DNA of 64,000 nucleotides from Gemmatimonadota bacterium (GCA_026706845.1 JAPOXY010000135.1:5266-69265), one strand, 5' to 3'. Counted from the stretch's first letter, positions 21,446 through 31,800 are shown. Numbers and translations: made by a program. The notes: a model not told the origin generated them from the letters alone.

Positions 21446-23017
21446 CTAATGGGCGCCGATCACCACCAGGTCACGCGGTGGTAGCGGGAATTCCTGGAGC
21501 ATGACGCGGTGCATCATTTCCTTCATCAGTTGCTGACGCGCCTGCTGGTACGCCGGATCATGCACGACGTTGACCAGTTCGTCTGGGTCCCTGGTGAGAT
21601 CAAAGAGTTCTTCCCCGTCATCGCGCCCTGGCGTGACCGAGTAGCGGAACTCGCGGTTTCGCAGTGTCTCTTTCCAGGGGAACTTCATGATCCCCTCATG
21701 GAAGGGCGACTCGCACAGGCCGCCAAACGACTCGGAGAATGCCGACTGCCGCCAGTCCGAGACCCGCTCTCCCTTGCACAGAGGCATCAGCGAACGGCCG
21801 GCACATAGCGGATGGCCATCGCCGACCCCACGCCTCGACAGGGGCCTCGGGTGCTGTGCCAGAAGTGTTTCGTGCATATCCAACACGGTCGGGCAGATGT
21901 CCTCGTGCTGCACGAAGAGGTCGCAAGTGCTGCCCTGCTTCAGACCTGGTCCGGCTACAATCAGCGGGATGCGGATGACGGCGTCGTAGTGTCTGGCGGA
22001 TTTTCCACCCAGATTGTGGTCCATGAGCATCTCGCCGTGGTCAGACACAAAGATGAAGTAGCTGTTCTCCATTCTGCCGACCTGTTCCAATCGCTCCAGG
22101 ATGCGGCCGATCTGTTCGTCGAGGTGGATAAAATCGGCAAAGTAGAGCTTGCGGTAGTAGCGCCAGTCCGGTATCCGGTCAGGCCCATTCCAGTGGTCCG
22201 TGCCGTAACCGACAGGGTCGGGGATGAGATCCTCGTTGACCATATCCAGGAATCGCGCAGGTGGATGAAACGGGGGGTGGGGCTGCACATAGCTGATGTG
22301 GGTGTAGAGGGGTTGATCCGCGGGCGTTTCATCGATGAAATTCAGGGCATGTTCCGTAATCCAGTTGGTCTGCGAGATCTCTTCCGGGAAGGGTAGGGGG
22401 TAGTAGCCTTCGGTTCGGGTTTTGTTCCCTCCGTCATCGCCTTTAGCCCATGCCATTTTCTTTTTTGCCCGGCGCATCCTTTCGGTCAGGTTGATCTTCT
22501 GTTCGCCATACGAATCGTAATAAGGCAACTGAGAATTCCAATTCGCCGGGGTTGCCATGATCGCATCATAGTGTTCGGGATGCTCCTTTTCGATCCAGTC
22601 GTGCCACTCGCCAGTCCGGTTGTCTTCGGTGTTGTGTACCACATCCCAGCCGTACTCCCTGTAGTCCGGGTACGGGTAGTATTCTGAGTCAAACGGATAG
22701 AAGTGGATCTTGCCGAACGCGCCGGTTCGCCATCCGGCCATCTGCAGTGTCTTCATGAAAGTGGGGATGTCGGGATTGAGTCGGTAGCCATTGGAGAGCA
22801 GACCGTGGCCCCGGCTGGTCAGGCCCGTGGCAATGCCCGCCCGAGCCGGACAGCAGACCGGGTTGTTGGAAAACGCATTGGTGAAGGTCACGCCCATGCT
22901 CTGGAGGCGTTTCAGGTTGGGCAGGTCACAGATGCCATTCATGGCCGCTTCCAGCCACTTCGCCCCCATCTGATCGACCATGAAGAAGATGATGTTGGGT
23001 TTATTTTGTAACTGCAT
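21446..23017 (-). CDS. Formylglycine-dependent sulfatase, no signal peptide.
   Basis: 'PNIIFFMVDQMGAKW', 'CCPARAGIATG'. Confidence 0.9.
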   Translation of the reverse strand: MQLQNKPNIIFFMVDQMGAKWLEAAMNGICDLPNLKRLQSMGVTFTNAFSNNPVCCPARAGIATGLTSRGHGLLSNGYRLNPDIPTFMKTLQMAGWRTGAFGKIHFYPFDSEYYPYPDYREYGWDVVHNTEDNRTGEWHDWIEKEHPEHYDAIMATPANWNSQLPYYDSYGEQKINLTERMRRAKKKMAWAKGDDGGNKTRTEGYYPLPFPEEISQTNWITEHALNFIDETPADQPLYTHISYVQPHPPFHPPARFLDMVNEDLIPDPVGYGTDHWNGPDRIPDWRYYRKLYFADFIHLDEQIGRILERLEQVGRMENSYFIFVSDHGEMLMDHNLGGKSARHYDAVIRIPLIVAGPGLKQGSTCDLFVQHEDICPTVLDMHETLLAQHPRPLSRRGVGDGHPLCAGRSLMPLCKGERVSDWRQSAFSESFGGLCESPFHEGIMKFPWKETLRNREFRYSVTPGRDDGEELFDLTRDPDELVNVVHDPAYQQARQQLMKEMMHRVMLQEFPLPPRDLVVIGAH

Positions 23018-23044
23018 AAAATGTTCTTACCTCTATAGCAGAAA

Positions 23045-24391
23045 TCAGGATTGGAAAATCGTCCCGGGCCATGGGTAAGCGTTGGATCCAGCATCATCAT
23101 CGATGGGGCCTTCCGGCAGTGTGGCTTGCCAATCCATGACCTGCTCTGACATCTGTTGGACCACGGTCTCTTCAAATTTGGCGTGATTGATGAGTTCCAT
23201 CGGGTCTGCAGGAATGTTGTACAGCTCGACACGGCTTCTGTCCGGGTTGAGAAGCAGCTTCCAGTCACCCTCGCGGATTGAAAGGATCGGGCTTTTGTGA
23301 AGGCAATGGCCGTGAACCCGAAATCGCCACTCCCACATCAACGGCGTCGTGCGATCTACCGAGTTACCTCGAAAGGCGGCTGTCATATCCTCGCCCTGCA
23401 GACCAATGTTGTCGGGAATATCTATGCCAGCGATGGTACAAAAAGTAGGCAACAGGTCTATGGCACATAAGGGCGTCGTGTTGTCAACTTTGCCTTTTGG
23501 TCCGCCGCTGCCTGGCCACCGAAGAATGAAAGGGGTTCGCACACCGCCTTCGTAGAGGCTTCTTTTTCGACCTCGAAAGGGACCAGAAGAACCGACGCCA
23601 CTGTGTGACGCATTTCGAACGTGGATATCCTCAGGGCCGTTGTCAGCTGAGAAGATGACAATCGTGTTGTCGGAAAGGCCCAGTTGATCCAGCCGATCCA
23701 TGAGCCGTCCTATGTGGTAATCCGCGTTGGTAACGACAGAATAGTAGATGCGTAGTGCACCTTTGTGTTTGTCTTCCAGGCCTTGAGCGGTAAGATTCAT
23801 ATAGGGTTCCATCTGCTCCTCTGTAGGATCCAGAGTGGCGTGGGTGTCAAGCAACCACGCTTGAACAAAGAAAGGCTCATCTTGATGTCTTTCGATGAAG
23901 GATATGGTTTCATCTATGATTACCTCTGTAGATTGAGATCTGCCTTCGGGAATCTCAATGGGGGGTCCGACCGCATTGAATGTTTTGGATTCGTCAATTC
24001 CATAAGCCGTGGTATTGGGTGCTTCTTCGCCGCTTCCCAGGTGCCACTTGCCAAAGTGTCCAACAGCATAGCCACTTTGTTGCAGGAGACCCGTGATGGT
24101 CGTTGCATCGGGATCCAACCAGTCTGGCATGCCGCGTAGGGCGTTCTGCTCGTGACGAGCAAAATGGCCATGTATGCCCCAGTGGGCAGGAAATCGACCC
24201 GTCATGACCGCTGCCCGGCTGGGTGAGCACACCCCCGAGCAAACATAGAATTGTGAGAAGAGAATGCCCTGCGAAGCGAGCCGATCCAGATTTGGCGTTT
24301 TTACAAACTGGTGGCCGTAGCAACTCAAGTCACCCCACCCCCAATCGTCGGCGAAGACAAATACGATATTGGGTCTTTTCGATTCAGCCAT
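23045..24391 (-). CDS. Formylglycine-dependent sulfatase, no signal peptide.
   Basis: 'RPNIVFVFADDWGWGDLSCYG', 'CSPSRAAVMTG'. AAAGGAGAA Shine-Dalgarno before the ATG at 24391. The track ORF start at 24427 would overlap the upstream gene. Confidence 0.9.
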   Translation of the reverse strand: MAESKRPNIVFVFADDWGWGDLSCYGHQFVKTPNLDRLASQGILFSQFYVCSGVCSPSRAAVMTGRFPAHWGIHGHFARHEQNALRGMPDWLDPDATTITGLLQQSGYAVGHFGKWHLGSGEEAPNTTAYGIDESKTFNAVGPPIEIPEGRSQSTEVIIDETISFIERHQDEPFFVQAWLLDTHATLDPTEEQMEPYMNLTAQGLEDKHKGALRIYYSVVTNADYHIGRLMDRLDQLGLSDNTIVIFSADNGPEDIHVRNASHSGVGSSGPFRGRKRSLYEGGVRTPFILRWPGSGGPKGKVDNTTPLCAIDLLPTFCTIAGIDIPDNIGLQGEDMTAAFRGNSVDRTTPLMWEWRFRVHGHCLHKSPILSIREGDWKLLLNPDRSRVELYNIPADPMELINHAKFEETVVQQMSEQVMDWQATLPEGPIDDDAGSNAYPWPGTIFQS

Positions 24392-24404
24392 TGCGGTTCT
24401 CCTT

Positions 24405-25877
24405 TCAACGAGGGTCGCCAGCTTCAATTGTTCGTTCCAGCAGCCTGCTGCGCATGGCTTCTTCCCGATCTCGATAATCCGGGTTTCCTGCCAGATTCAC
24501 CAGTTCGCCCGGGTCGTTCTGCAAGTCGTAAAGTTCAGAACGATCATTCACATAATGTGCGTATTTCCACTTCTCGTTTCGAACCATGCGACCCCGAGAA
24601 AGGAAGAACGTTCCCGACTCAACCAGCGGCAATTCAGGTACGGGTTCAGTCCGACTTATGCCGGCTTTCAGCGCGTCCAGTTCTGCTTCTGGTCCTCCCT
24701 CTGGCAATGGCTGACGGCTACCAACTTCCGCATAGGTGCAGTCTCTCTCTGGGACCATACCTGACATCATTTCGGTCACACTTCTACCCTGAACACCCGG
24801 CGGGATCGAGATTCCGCTACTCTGGAGTAATGTGGGCATCAAGTCGATTTGCTCAATTTGCAGTGCGTTCGTTGCACCATCCCGTGCATGTTCCAAACCC
24901 CTTACGATCAATGGGACCTGGACAATGCAGTCGTAGAATGCAGCAGTTTTCCGAATGAGTCCGTGTTCGCCCAGGTACTCACCGTGGTCACCTGTGGCAA
25001 CAATGATGGTGTCGTCCCAACGACCAAGCGCTTTGAGTCCATCAAAGAATTTGCCCAGGCATTCATCCAGGTGCCTGAGCATGCCGTAGTAATACGCCAT
25101 TGTCTGGCGCAGTTGCTCGTCATCCATGAGATGCAGCCACCCGCCGTGATAATAGACTTGCTGAACGAACGGTTTTGAGTCCAATTCACTCTCTGGTCTA
25201 TGTGGGAGAGGCATGTCCTCGGGTCTGTACATCGTGGCAAAAGGTTCGGGAGCCCGATAGGGCGGATGAACATCGGAAAAGCTCAACCACACAAACGAAG
25301 GCTCGTCACCCTTCCGTTCAAGATAATCGAGGGCATGATTCACGTTGGCTCTTGCTGGCGTTTCAGCAGGACCGAAAGGGTAGGTTCCGCCATACCAGAT
25401 TGGATTTGGGTGATCTCCCCAACGGAAACGTCTTGTTTGTGATTCGAACACGGATGGGTTGATGGGTATTGCAGGCCCAGGAAATGGCTTCCCATAGGCT
25501 TCTCGCTGCTTGTGCCGAAGTGGCGACTCTTCAATACACGCTTCAAATCCTGCAGTTTCGGCATCTGGGAAACAGTGGTTTTTCCCAAATAGGCCACAGC
25601 CGACGCCAGCATCTTTCAAGAGCCCTGGAAGATGAAACCCTTCCTTTTCTTGCATCAACAGCGTGTTGTCTCTGGAACCAGTAACGCTGGGATAACGACC
25701 CGTGAAAAATGCGACCCGTGATGCGACGCAGAGCGGAGAAGGTACGGTGCAGTTTTCAAACCTGATGGCTTCGCTGGCAAAGCGATCCAGATGAGGTGTC
25801 GCTCCGACGGGATTGCCATAGCATCCCAATGCGCGAGCGGCAAGATGCTCAATGGTGATCACCACAATGTTTTTCAT
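24405..25877 (-). CDS. Sulfatase with variant motifs: C-x-A-x-R, and E-H in place of the first D-D metal site. No signal peptide.
   Basis: 'NIVVITIEHLAARALGCYG', 'CVASRVAFFTG'. Confidence 0.85.
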   Translation of the reverse strand: MKNIVVITIEHLAARALGCYGNPVGATPHLDRFASEAIRFENCTVPSPLCVASRVAFFTGRYPSVTGSRDNTLLMQEKEGFHLPGLLKDAGVGCGLFGKNHCFPDAETAGFEACIEESPLRHKQREAYGKPFPGPAIPINPSVFESQTRRFRWGDHPNPIWYGGTYPFGPAETPARANVNHALDYLERKGDEPSFVWLSFSDVHPPYRAPEPFATMYRPEDMPLPHRPESELDSKPFVQQVYYHGGWLHLMDDEQLRQTMAYYYGMLRHLDECLGKFFDGLKALGRWDDTIIVATGDHGEYLGEHGLIRKTAAFYDCIVQVPLIVRGLEHARDGATNALQIEQIDLMPTLLQSSGISIPPGVQGRSVTEMMSGMVPERDCTYAEVGSRQPLPEGGPEAELDALKAGISRTEPVPELPLVESGTFFLSRGRMVRNEKWKYAHYVNDRSELYDLQNDPGELVNLAGNPDYRDREEAMRSRLLERTIEAGDPR

Positions 25878-25880
25878 CTC

Positions 25881-27266
25881 TTAGCTCCTATCGACTTCCT
25901 CAGACCAGGCTCTGTACAACTCCTGCAGGTGCTCAACGACCCTGGGATGCTGATCAATCAGATCTTGACTCTCGGAGGGATCTTCCTTCAGGTTAAACAG
26001 GCAGGTATTCTGGAGAAGCTCTGTGCGTTCAACGATCCCATCGCAGGGCTCTCGACCTCTCCTGCCACCTTTATGCAACAGTTTCCAATCACCAGAGCGC
26101 ACGGCATAACTGTCGCCCCAGCGCCAGAAGAGGTCTCGCTCGTCTGCGATTTTTGTGACATCTTTTGGAATGGGGTGACCATCCAAACCTTCTGGCTGAT
26201 TGATGTCTGCCGCCTGTAAACAGGTCGGAAGAATATCGAGCGTTGAGATCGTCCTGTCACAGATCGTTCCAGATGCCGACTCATTTGGACGGGCGAGGAT
26301 AAATGGCACGCGAATCCCGCCCTCCCAGAGCGTAAACTTGCTCCCGGCAAGCGGCAGATTGCAGGCACCGGTGTTCGGTGCGCCTCCGTTGTCTGAAAAC
26401 ATAATCACGATGGTGTTGTCGGCAAGCGATAGCTGATCCAACGTGTCCAGAAGGCGACCGATATTGTCGTCGAGGCAATTCAGGTTCGCCAGATAGTATC
26501 TGCGAAACTCGTCGGCATTGATCTCGCCGAGGATTCTATACCTTTTGAACCAGTCCCCATACCCGCCCATGGTCTCCGGGTCGTAGTTTGGAATCTCCCT
26601 TACGCCGTGCTTGTCGAGGTATCGCCTGGGCACCTGGTGAATCAGGTGATGCACGGAGTTGTAAGAGAGCGTCACAAAGAAAGGTTCTTCCTGGTGGCTC
26701 TCGAGAAAATCGATTGTCGCGTCGGTAAAGATCTCCGTCAGATAACCTTCTCCAAATTCTTTGTAATCCCGGTTGTGCATAAGCGGTCCAACAACCGCGC
26801 TGTGCCCTTTTGGATCGGGCGTGCGATCTTCGATGTCTTTGGTGAGGAGGAAATAGTCGTGGCCGTGTGCTGAGAATCCGAGAAACTCGTCATAGCCATG
26901 GTTCAACGGATATTCGTGAGCCTCGTGATCGTGAAAGCCCAGGCCGTAATCGTTCTTGCCGAAACGCGCTGTGGTATAGCCGTTAGCCTTCATGATTTCG
27001 GCGATGTTCTTTTCTGTTTCAGGATGTCCGCATAAAAAGGAGGATTTCGGATCCCAACGCACCTGGTGTCGCCCTGTATTCCACCCGGCACGCGAAGGGC
27101 TGCATACGGGAGCTGTCACATAGGCCTGTGAAAAGAGAACGCCGCGCTCAGCGAGCCGGTCCATGTTTGGCGTTTGCACGTCTGGCGCATGGTGTTTGAA
27201 TGCGGTCAGATCGCCGTAGCCCTGATCGTCTGTAACAATGATGAGAAAATTTGGTTTTGTGCCCAT
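25881..27266 (-). CDS. Formylglycine-dependent sulfatase, no signal peptide. Its first 54 nt are 53/54 identical to the 5' end of 19236..20543.
   Basis: 'MGTKPNFLIIVTDDQGYGD', 'CSPSRAGWNTG'. Confidence 0.9.
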   Translation of the reverse strand: MGTKPNFLIIVTDDQGYGDLTAFKHHAPDVQTPNMDRLAERGVLFSQAYVTAPVCSPSRAGWNTGRHQVRWDPKSSFLCGHPETEKNIAEIMKANGYTTARFGKNDYGLGFHDHEAHEYPLNHGYDEFLGFSAHGHDYFLLTKDIEDRTPDPKGHSAVVGPLMHNRDYKEFGEGYLTEIFTDATIDFLESHQEEPFFVTLSYNSVHHLIHQVPRRYLDKHGVREIPNYDPETMGGYGDWFKRYRILGEINADEFRRYYLANLNCLDDNIGRLLDTLDQLSLADNTIVIMFSDNGGAPNTGACNLPLAGSKFTLWEGGIRVPFILARPNESASGTICDRTISTLDILPTCLQAADINQPEGLDGHPIPKDVTKIADERDLFWRWGDSYAVRSGDWKLLHKGGRRGREPCDGIVERTELLQNTCLFNLKEDPSESQDLIDQHPRVVEHLQELYRAWSEEVDRS

Positions 27267-27273
27267 AATGATC
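27220..27273. repeat. Second copy of the 54-nt near-identical sulfatase 5' segment (see 20497..20550).
   Basis: Same string with a single mismatch. Confidence 0.7.
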
Positions 27274-27367
27274 TACCCGGTAATCTTGAACCGGTTGTCG
27301 ATTTTCCCAGGTCGCCAGTTTTTATTTCGTTTGAAACGCCTGGATTTTTACCAGAATGTGGAAGAAC

Positions 27368-28846
27368 TCACGCAAACCCGCCGAGAAGCTGCTCTCTGGT
27401 CATTATCTTGACTGGTGGCAGGTTATCGACCATTCCCGCGTCCGTGCGTCGAAGCTCATCAATGGTCCCTTGCCGAAGTTGGGCAAGCAACTCGTGGTAA
27501 TCGGATTCCAAAGCGAGGTTTTCCAGTTCCTCGGGGTCATTCTCGAGATCGTACATCTCTTCGATCTCCCCGGGGACGAGCCAGCGGATATATTTGTACT
27601 TTCCCGTGCACAGAGATACCCACCAGGGGATAGGAGGATTGCCTATTGGCTCGCCACAGCCGACATCGGTGTCTTCGCCAAAATAATGACCCGTACACTC
27701 CATCAGCAGCGGGCGATCCCATTCGGCGTTGGGATCGGAGAGCAATGGTGTCAGGTCCTTCCCGTGCATCTTCCAGGGTTGTTCCATGCCGATCAACGAG
27801 AGAAAGGTAGGCGGGATATCCTGGCCGCCGATTGGCACATCGCATACTGTGCCTGCGGGAATCCGTCCCGGCAGCCGCATGATCATCGGCGCTTTGATAT
27901 TGGCATCATAGGGTGCCACCTTGAGTCGAAAGCCGTGCTGTCCCCAGGCAAATCCCTGGTCCGACGTAAAGACGACCAGGGTATCATCTAATTGCCCCAT
28001 CTCCTCTATGGCGCCGATCACCCTGCCAACCCCTTCATCCAGAGCGCGCACGCCCCGGTTGTATTGTTGTTCCCAATCGGTGAGGGTCCGTCCATCCCGG
28101 ATGCCTACAGGTTGGCCCTGATCTCCCTCGCGCCAAACACCATAGTCCCGCATATGTGTCGCCTTGGTCGGGCGCGGCGGATAGATGTCTTCTGGCGTGG
28201 GGACCTGGGAAACATCTGGATAATCCTGGAGATGGCGGTCAGCCACTTTCCAGGGGCCGTGTACTGCGTCATAGCACAGCCAGAGGTGCCAGGGCTTATC
28301 CGGTTCTTCTGCCCGTCCACGGAGAAATTCAAGTGCATACTCCGTGTAGTTATCGGTAGAATAGCCGCCAACCGGTTCCGGCGGTCCCCCGTTGATACTC
28401 ATGCTCTGATTGACATAATAGGGCCCGTATTTCTCGGGTTGGCTGTGGTCCCAGATGGCAGAAAAATCCCAGTACCGACCGTGACCATGATCGGGACCTG
28501 TGTGCCATTTGCCGACGATGCCTGTGTACCAACCATTCTCACGGAGATTCTCGAGCCAGTACGGACACTGGTCTGGATCGCGGACATAGTTTGGGTAGCT
28601 CGTGGGCAGGTGCATGCTCATCACGCCATGCGGCAATTTTCCGGTCAGGTACGTGGCGCGTGAAGGCGCACACCAGGCACTGGTATAGCAGTTGGAAAAA
28701 CGCATCCCCTCATGGGCGAGACGATCGATGTTTGGCGTACTGATCCACGAATGCGCCTCGGGATAGCAACTCACAGACCGAAAGCTCTGATCGTCGGTGA
28801 AGATGTATAAAATGTTGCTCGGACGGTTCAATTGATCATCGTTCAT
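27368..28846 (-). CDS. Formylglycine-dependent sulfatase, no signal peptide.
   Basis: 'SNILYIFTDDQSFRS', 'CAPSRATYLTG'. Confidence 0.9.
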   Translation of the reverse strand: MNDDQLNRPSNILYIFTDDQSFRSVSCYPEAHSWISTPNIDRLAHEGMRFSNCYTSAWCAPSRATYLTGKLPHGVMSMHLPTSYPNYVRDPDQCPYWLENLRENGWYTGIVGKWHTGPDHGHGRYWDFSAIWDHSQPEKYGPYYVNQSMSINGGPPEPVGGYSTDNYTEYALEFLRGRAEEPDKPWHLWLCYDAVHGPWKVADRHLQDYPDVSQVPTPEDIYPPRPTKATHMRDYGVWREGDQGQPVGIRDGRTLTDWEQQYNRGVRALDEGVGRVIGAIEEMGQLDDTLVVFTSDQGFAWGQHGFRLKVAPYDANIKAPMIMRLPGRIPAGTVCDVPIGGQDIPPTFLSLIGMEQPWKMHGKDLTPLLSDPNAEWDRPLLMECTGHYFGEDTDVGCGEPIGNPPIPWWVSLCTGKYKYIRWLVPGEIEEMYDLENDPEELENLALESDYHELLAQLRQGTIDELRRTDAGMVDNLPPVKIMTREQLLGGFA

Positions 28847-28866
28847 TTTGGTTCTCCGTAATCTAT

Positions 28867-28887
28867 ATGGTCAGGTAACCAGACCAT
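28867..28887 (-). other. Near-palindromic 21-nt intergenic hairpin between two minus-strand operon genes.
   Basis: atggtcaggtaaccagaccat: ATGGTC...GACCAT arms plus an inner GGT/ACC, with one A.A mismatch. Confidence 0.25.
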
Positions 28888-28957
28888 GGTTCGCTTCTAT
28901 TTTCTCTTGATTGCAATATGAAAATCCTATGCCAAATTGGGTCGCAAATCCATTAGC

Positions 28958-30427
28958 TCAGCGTTTTACCTGGGTATAGGGGCTTGAAATATACTGCTTG
29001 TAGCCGTTAACATCTCGTCCATGATTGCTGAAGAAATCGATCCGAGAAAACCCCTCCTTTAACGGTATGGTTGCAGTCCAGGCACCCGTCTTTGCATCGC
29101 GTTCCATATCCATCCATTGGTCTTCGGGGATTTGCTCGTGCAAGAAGGGGGCGGAACCTGCCGGAGCGCGATCATAGATCCACCATATGCGTCCGTTTAT
29201 CGGCTGAGGTCCTTCATTAAAACGCACGCTGACACTTAGTTTGTCCTTGGAGATTTTATAATTTGACTTCGGAGGCTGTAGCAAAGGCTCGCCACCAAAG
29301 AAGTGATGCCAGAGGAAGGCGTCTTTATTCTGTTCGTCCTTTGCAGCAGCGACATGCGGCGTTTGCGAGTGCCCACCGTTAGGTTCGTAATAGACAGGCA
29401 ACTGGGGATGGTTTTGCGCTCCCCAGAGAATATCGTAGGCGACATAGTCATGCGTTCCCGGCTGAAAAAGAATATCAACGCCGCGCGCCATCAGACGATC
29501 CCAATTCTCCGTAACGCTCACCCCGGGCCGTAAGCGATCCGCAAAGCTTTGCATATCGTCCAGGGATTTCCCCATTTTCAGCGCCATCTTACCCATACTG
29601 CGCTCAGATCCCACCATAACGCCTTGATACAATTTGGCGCGTTTTGGATCCAGGTCGATATCGCCGGCCTTTACAGCCTCAAAGAATGCTTTGTTTGCCT
29701 CTTCAGCTTTCGCCGTTGCTTCCCTGTCGGCTCTTCGAGTCGGCGAAAAGTAAGCAAACGCATGGTTGGAGCATGTCGCGGTAAAACGCTCGTCATGTAT
29801 CAAGGCGACCGCAGGCGACATGCCGTTCTTGGAGCTGCCCGAACCGGCCACTTTGCCTTTTTCGAAGTAGTCGGTTTCCGCATACGCCGCGGTGGTTGCC
29901 CGCATTAAGGTCATCGACCAAATCCAGAGAGTCGTGTATCGAGGATTCAGGTCTTTCATGAACCTGCGCATCATTTTTTGCTCCAAACCCTGTTTCCCCG
30001 GAATCTGCCTAAACGCCTTGACGTGCGTCTTAACGAGGCCAACGCCACCTGCCAGCAGTTTTGCCTGAAAGTCGGTTGGGCGCGAGTCTTTCATCAACGT
30101 CTCATAGGGATTGGCTCCCGTAATGCTAAAGCCCTTCGCCTTGCCTTCGAGCGGCACAATCATACGCACCGGGATCCGATAATCTTGTCCCGGCCACCAT
30201 TCGGCGACATTGATTTCGATGAGCTTTTGTCGCGTCGTGCCTGTCACCTCATCTACATGCCAGTCCTTCAACGTCTTTATATCCAGCGTGCTTTCGTCAA
30301 GAATCTCTTCACTATTGAACATGTCGCAATTCATACCAGAATCCTTTTCAGAATCGGCAGCAAACGCTACGGAAATCGCAAAAGTCGCGAGAATAACCAG
30401 CGATGCCATTATTCTAATTCTATCCAT
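28958..30427 (-). CDS. Secreted hypothetical protein (489 aa) with a signal peptide. Function unknown.
   Basis: 'MASLVILATFAISVAFA|ADSEKD' signal. No recognisable catalytic motif by eye. Confidence 0.6.
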   Translation of the reverse strand: MDRIRIMASLVILATFAISVAFAADSEKDSGMNCDMFNSEEILDESTLDIKTLKDWHVDEVTGTTRQKLIEINVAEWWPGQDYRIPVRMIVPLEGKAKGFSITGANPYETLMKDSRPTDFQAKLLAGGVGLVKTHVKAFRQIPGKQGLEQKMMRRFMKDLNPRYTTLWIWSMTLMRATTAAYAETDYFEKGKVAGSGSSKNGMSPAVALIHDERFTATCSNHAFAYFSPTRRADREATAKAEEANKAFFEAVKAGDIDLDPKRAKLYQGVMVGSERSMGKMALKMGKSLDDMQSFADRLRPGVSVTENWDRLMARGVDILFQPGTHDYVAYDILWGAQNHPQLPVYYEPNGGHSQTPHVAAAKDEQNKDAFLWHHFFGGEPLLQPPKSNYKISKDKLSVSVRFNEGPQPINGRIWWIYDRAPAGSAPFLHEQIPEDQWMDMERDAKTGAWTATIPLKEGFSRIDFFSNHGRDVNGYKQYISSPYTQVKR

Positions 30428-30508
30428 TGCCTTCTCCTTTGCAAATTTGGTGTGACTCGCTAAGACCTATTTTGGTTCCAGGCTGTCTCTTAGACAACCG
30501 GCCTGATT

Positions 30509-31603
30509 TCAGACGCTCCGTCTCGCCGATGGCCTCGATGCGAAAGAAGCTGCAACCGTGCGAACAGCCTCGCTCCAATCATCCCAAAGCCCCGGACCTT
30601 CCGGGCGAGGCTCTGGCGGGGGAACTTCTGGCCCAAGTTCAAGTTCGTGGAGTTTTCTCACGTTGGGCGGTGGCGATGGTCGTGGCCCTTTGACATAACG
30701 GCCGTTATATACTCTGTCATATACAGATTTTTTGTAAGCATCATAAAGAATCATCTGTCGAATCTGCGGAGGATTGCTGTAGTTCCGCGTTGCCGAGTGG
30801 AACATTCGCCCGTGCCACAAAACCACATCGCCCTCGTCACCAAAAAACTCAAAGGGTTCAATGTCGGCGAGTGCGTCCTTGAGTCCTGCAGGCTGCGGCA
30901 AAACAAATGCCGCAGCGCCGCTTTCCGGATGGGGCGAATGTAGAATTGAATAGCGGGCAAGATCTACAGAGTCCGGCTCTGCTTCGTAGAGCAAGCGGTG
31001 ACTGCCGGGAAAAAGGGCGATGCCACCTCCACCCTTGGGAACCTGGTCAACGTATGCGCTTGCCACCAGATGCACCGGCTCGGGATCAATGTGTGCACCG
31101 GCACGGACGGCATCCGCCAGAGCAGGTGAGTCGCCAGGACGCTCTCTCGGCAGCACGCAATACATACCGCGCAACTCCTTGCCACCCCAGACTGGCCAAC
31201 CACGCAACCGACTTCCACGCGGATCTGGATCGGCCGCGGAGGAAGTTACCTCTGGTGTCACAACTTCACCTTCGCCGAGAAGTTGCTCAAACCACGGGAA
31301 TACACGGCGTGGAAGCAAGTTGATTAAGTCCTCGTCGCCAGAGAGTTCACGCAATCGCCAGCCGTGGTCACCGGTGCGATCATTCATGCCATCAGGCGTG
31401 CTTTGACGATCTGCCTCCGGAAGACCGTTTAGCCAGGTTTGAGGATCGTCTCGGCGCAAATGACTTGAGGTGTTTCCCGCCCACAGCCTGTCCCGCGCTG
31501 CAGCACAAAGTTTGGGGTCGAGAATATTTCGTTTAACGAGGAATCCGTTCGTAATAAATTGTTGGATCTCTTCTGTACTCAGTGCTGCCAATGCTGTATT
31601 CAT
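30509..31603 (-). CDS. PhyH-like Fe(II)/2OG dioxygenase (paralog 4) with an extended Pro-rich C-terminus. First gene of the long minus-strand sulfatase operon.
   Basis: 'FITNGFLVKRNIL', 'GAHIDPEP' (H-x-D), 'RMFHSATRN'. AAGAGGG Shine-Dalgarno. Confidence 0.7.
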   Translation of the reverse strand: MNTALAALSTEEIQQFITNGFLVKRNILDPKLCAAARDRLWAGNTSSHLRRDDPQTWLNGLPEADRQSTPDGMNDRTGDHGWRLRELSGDEDLINLLPRRVFPWFEQLLGEGEVVTPEVTSSAADPDPRGSRLRGWPVWGGKELRGMYCVLPRERPGDSPALADAVRAGAHIDPEPVHLVASAYVDQVPKGGGGIALFPGSHRLLYEAEPDSVDLARYSILHSPHPESGAAAFVLPQPAGLKDALADIEPFEFFGDEGDVVLWHGRMFHSATRNYSNPPQIRQMILYDAYKKSVYDRVYNGRYVKGPRPSPPPNVRKLHELELGPEVPPPEPRPEGPGLWDDWSEAVRTVAASFASRPSARRSV

Positions 31604-31620
31604 GGAATAAGCCCTCTTTC

Positions 31621-31666
31621 TTCAATATTGAACCATTGTACTAACTTCAATACTGAACCATTGTAC
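31621..31666. promoter_or_regulatory. Tandem 21-bp direct repeat TTCAATA(T/C)TGAACCATTGTAC (two copies, 4-bp spacer) lying 18-63 bp upstream of the PhyH/sulfatase operon start, in a divergent intergenic region. Candidate operator. Copy 1 contains a perfect 12-bp palindrome.
   Basis: Seen directly in the sequence: ttcaatattgaaccattgtac taac ttcaatactgaaccattgtac. Confidence 0.4.
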
Positions 31667-31770
31667 AAAAAAAAGAGTTGGATTTCAACAATTCTTAAAA
31701 GACAGGTACTTACGGAAGGCGATGTATGTTATTTGGAATTTTGCTCGGAAATCACCCTGAACAAATTCGC

Positions 31771-31800
31771 TTGCTTCATGTCCGTCCCTTGTTGTAGTAT
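31771..31800 (+). promoter_or_regulatory. Candidate sigma70-like promoter for 31871..33415 (TTGCTT, 18-nt spacer, TAGTAT).
   Basis: Hexamers read from the sequence, about 70 nt upstream of the start codon. Weak, pattern-based only. Confidence 0.2.

Noticed and set aside
21812-22396. 194-aa plus-strand ORF and several 60-120-aa ORFs within sulfatase 21446..23017
   Set aside because: They are antisense to a sulfatase with an intact CCPAR motif. No independent start signals or motifs.
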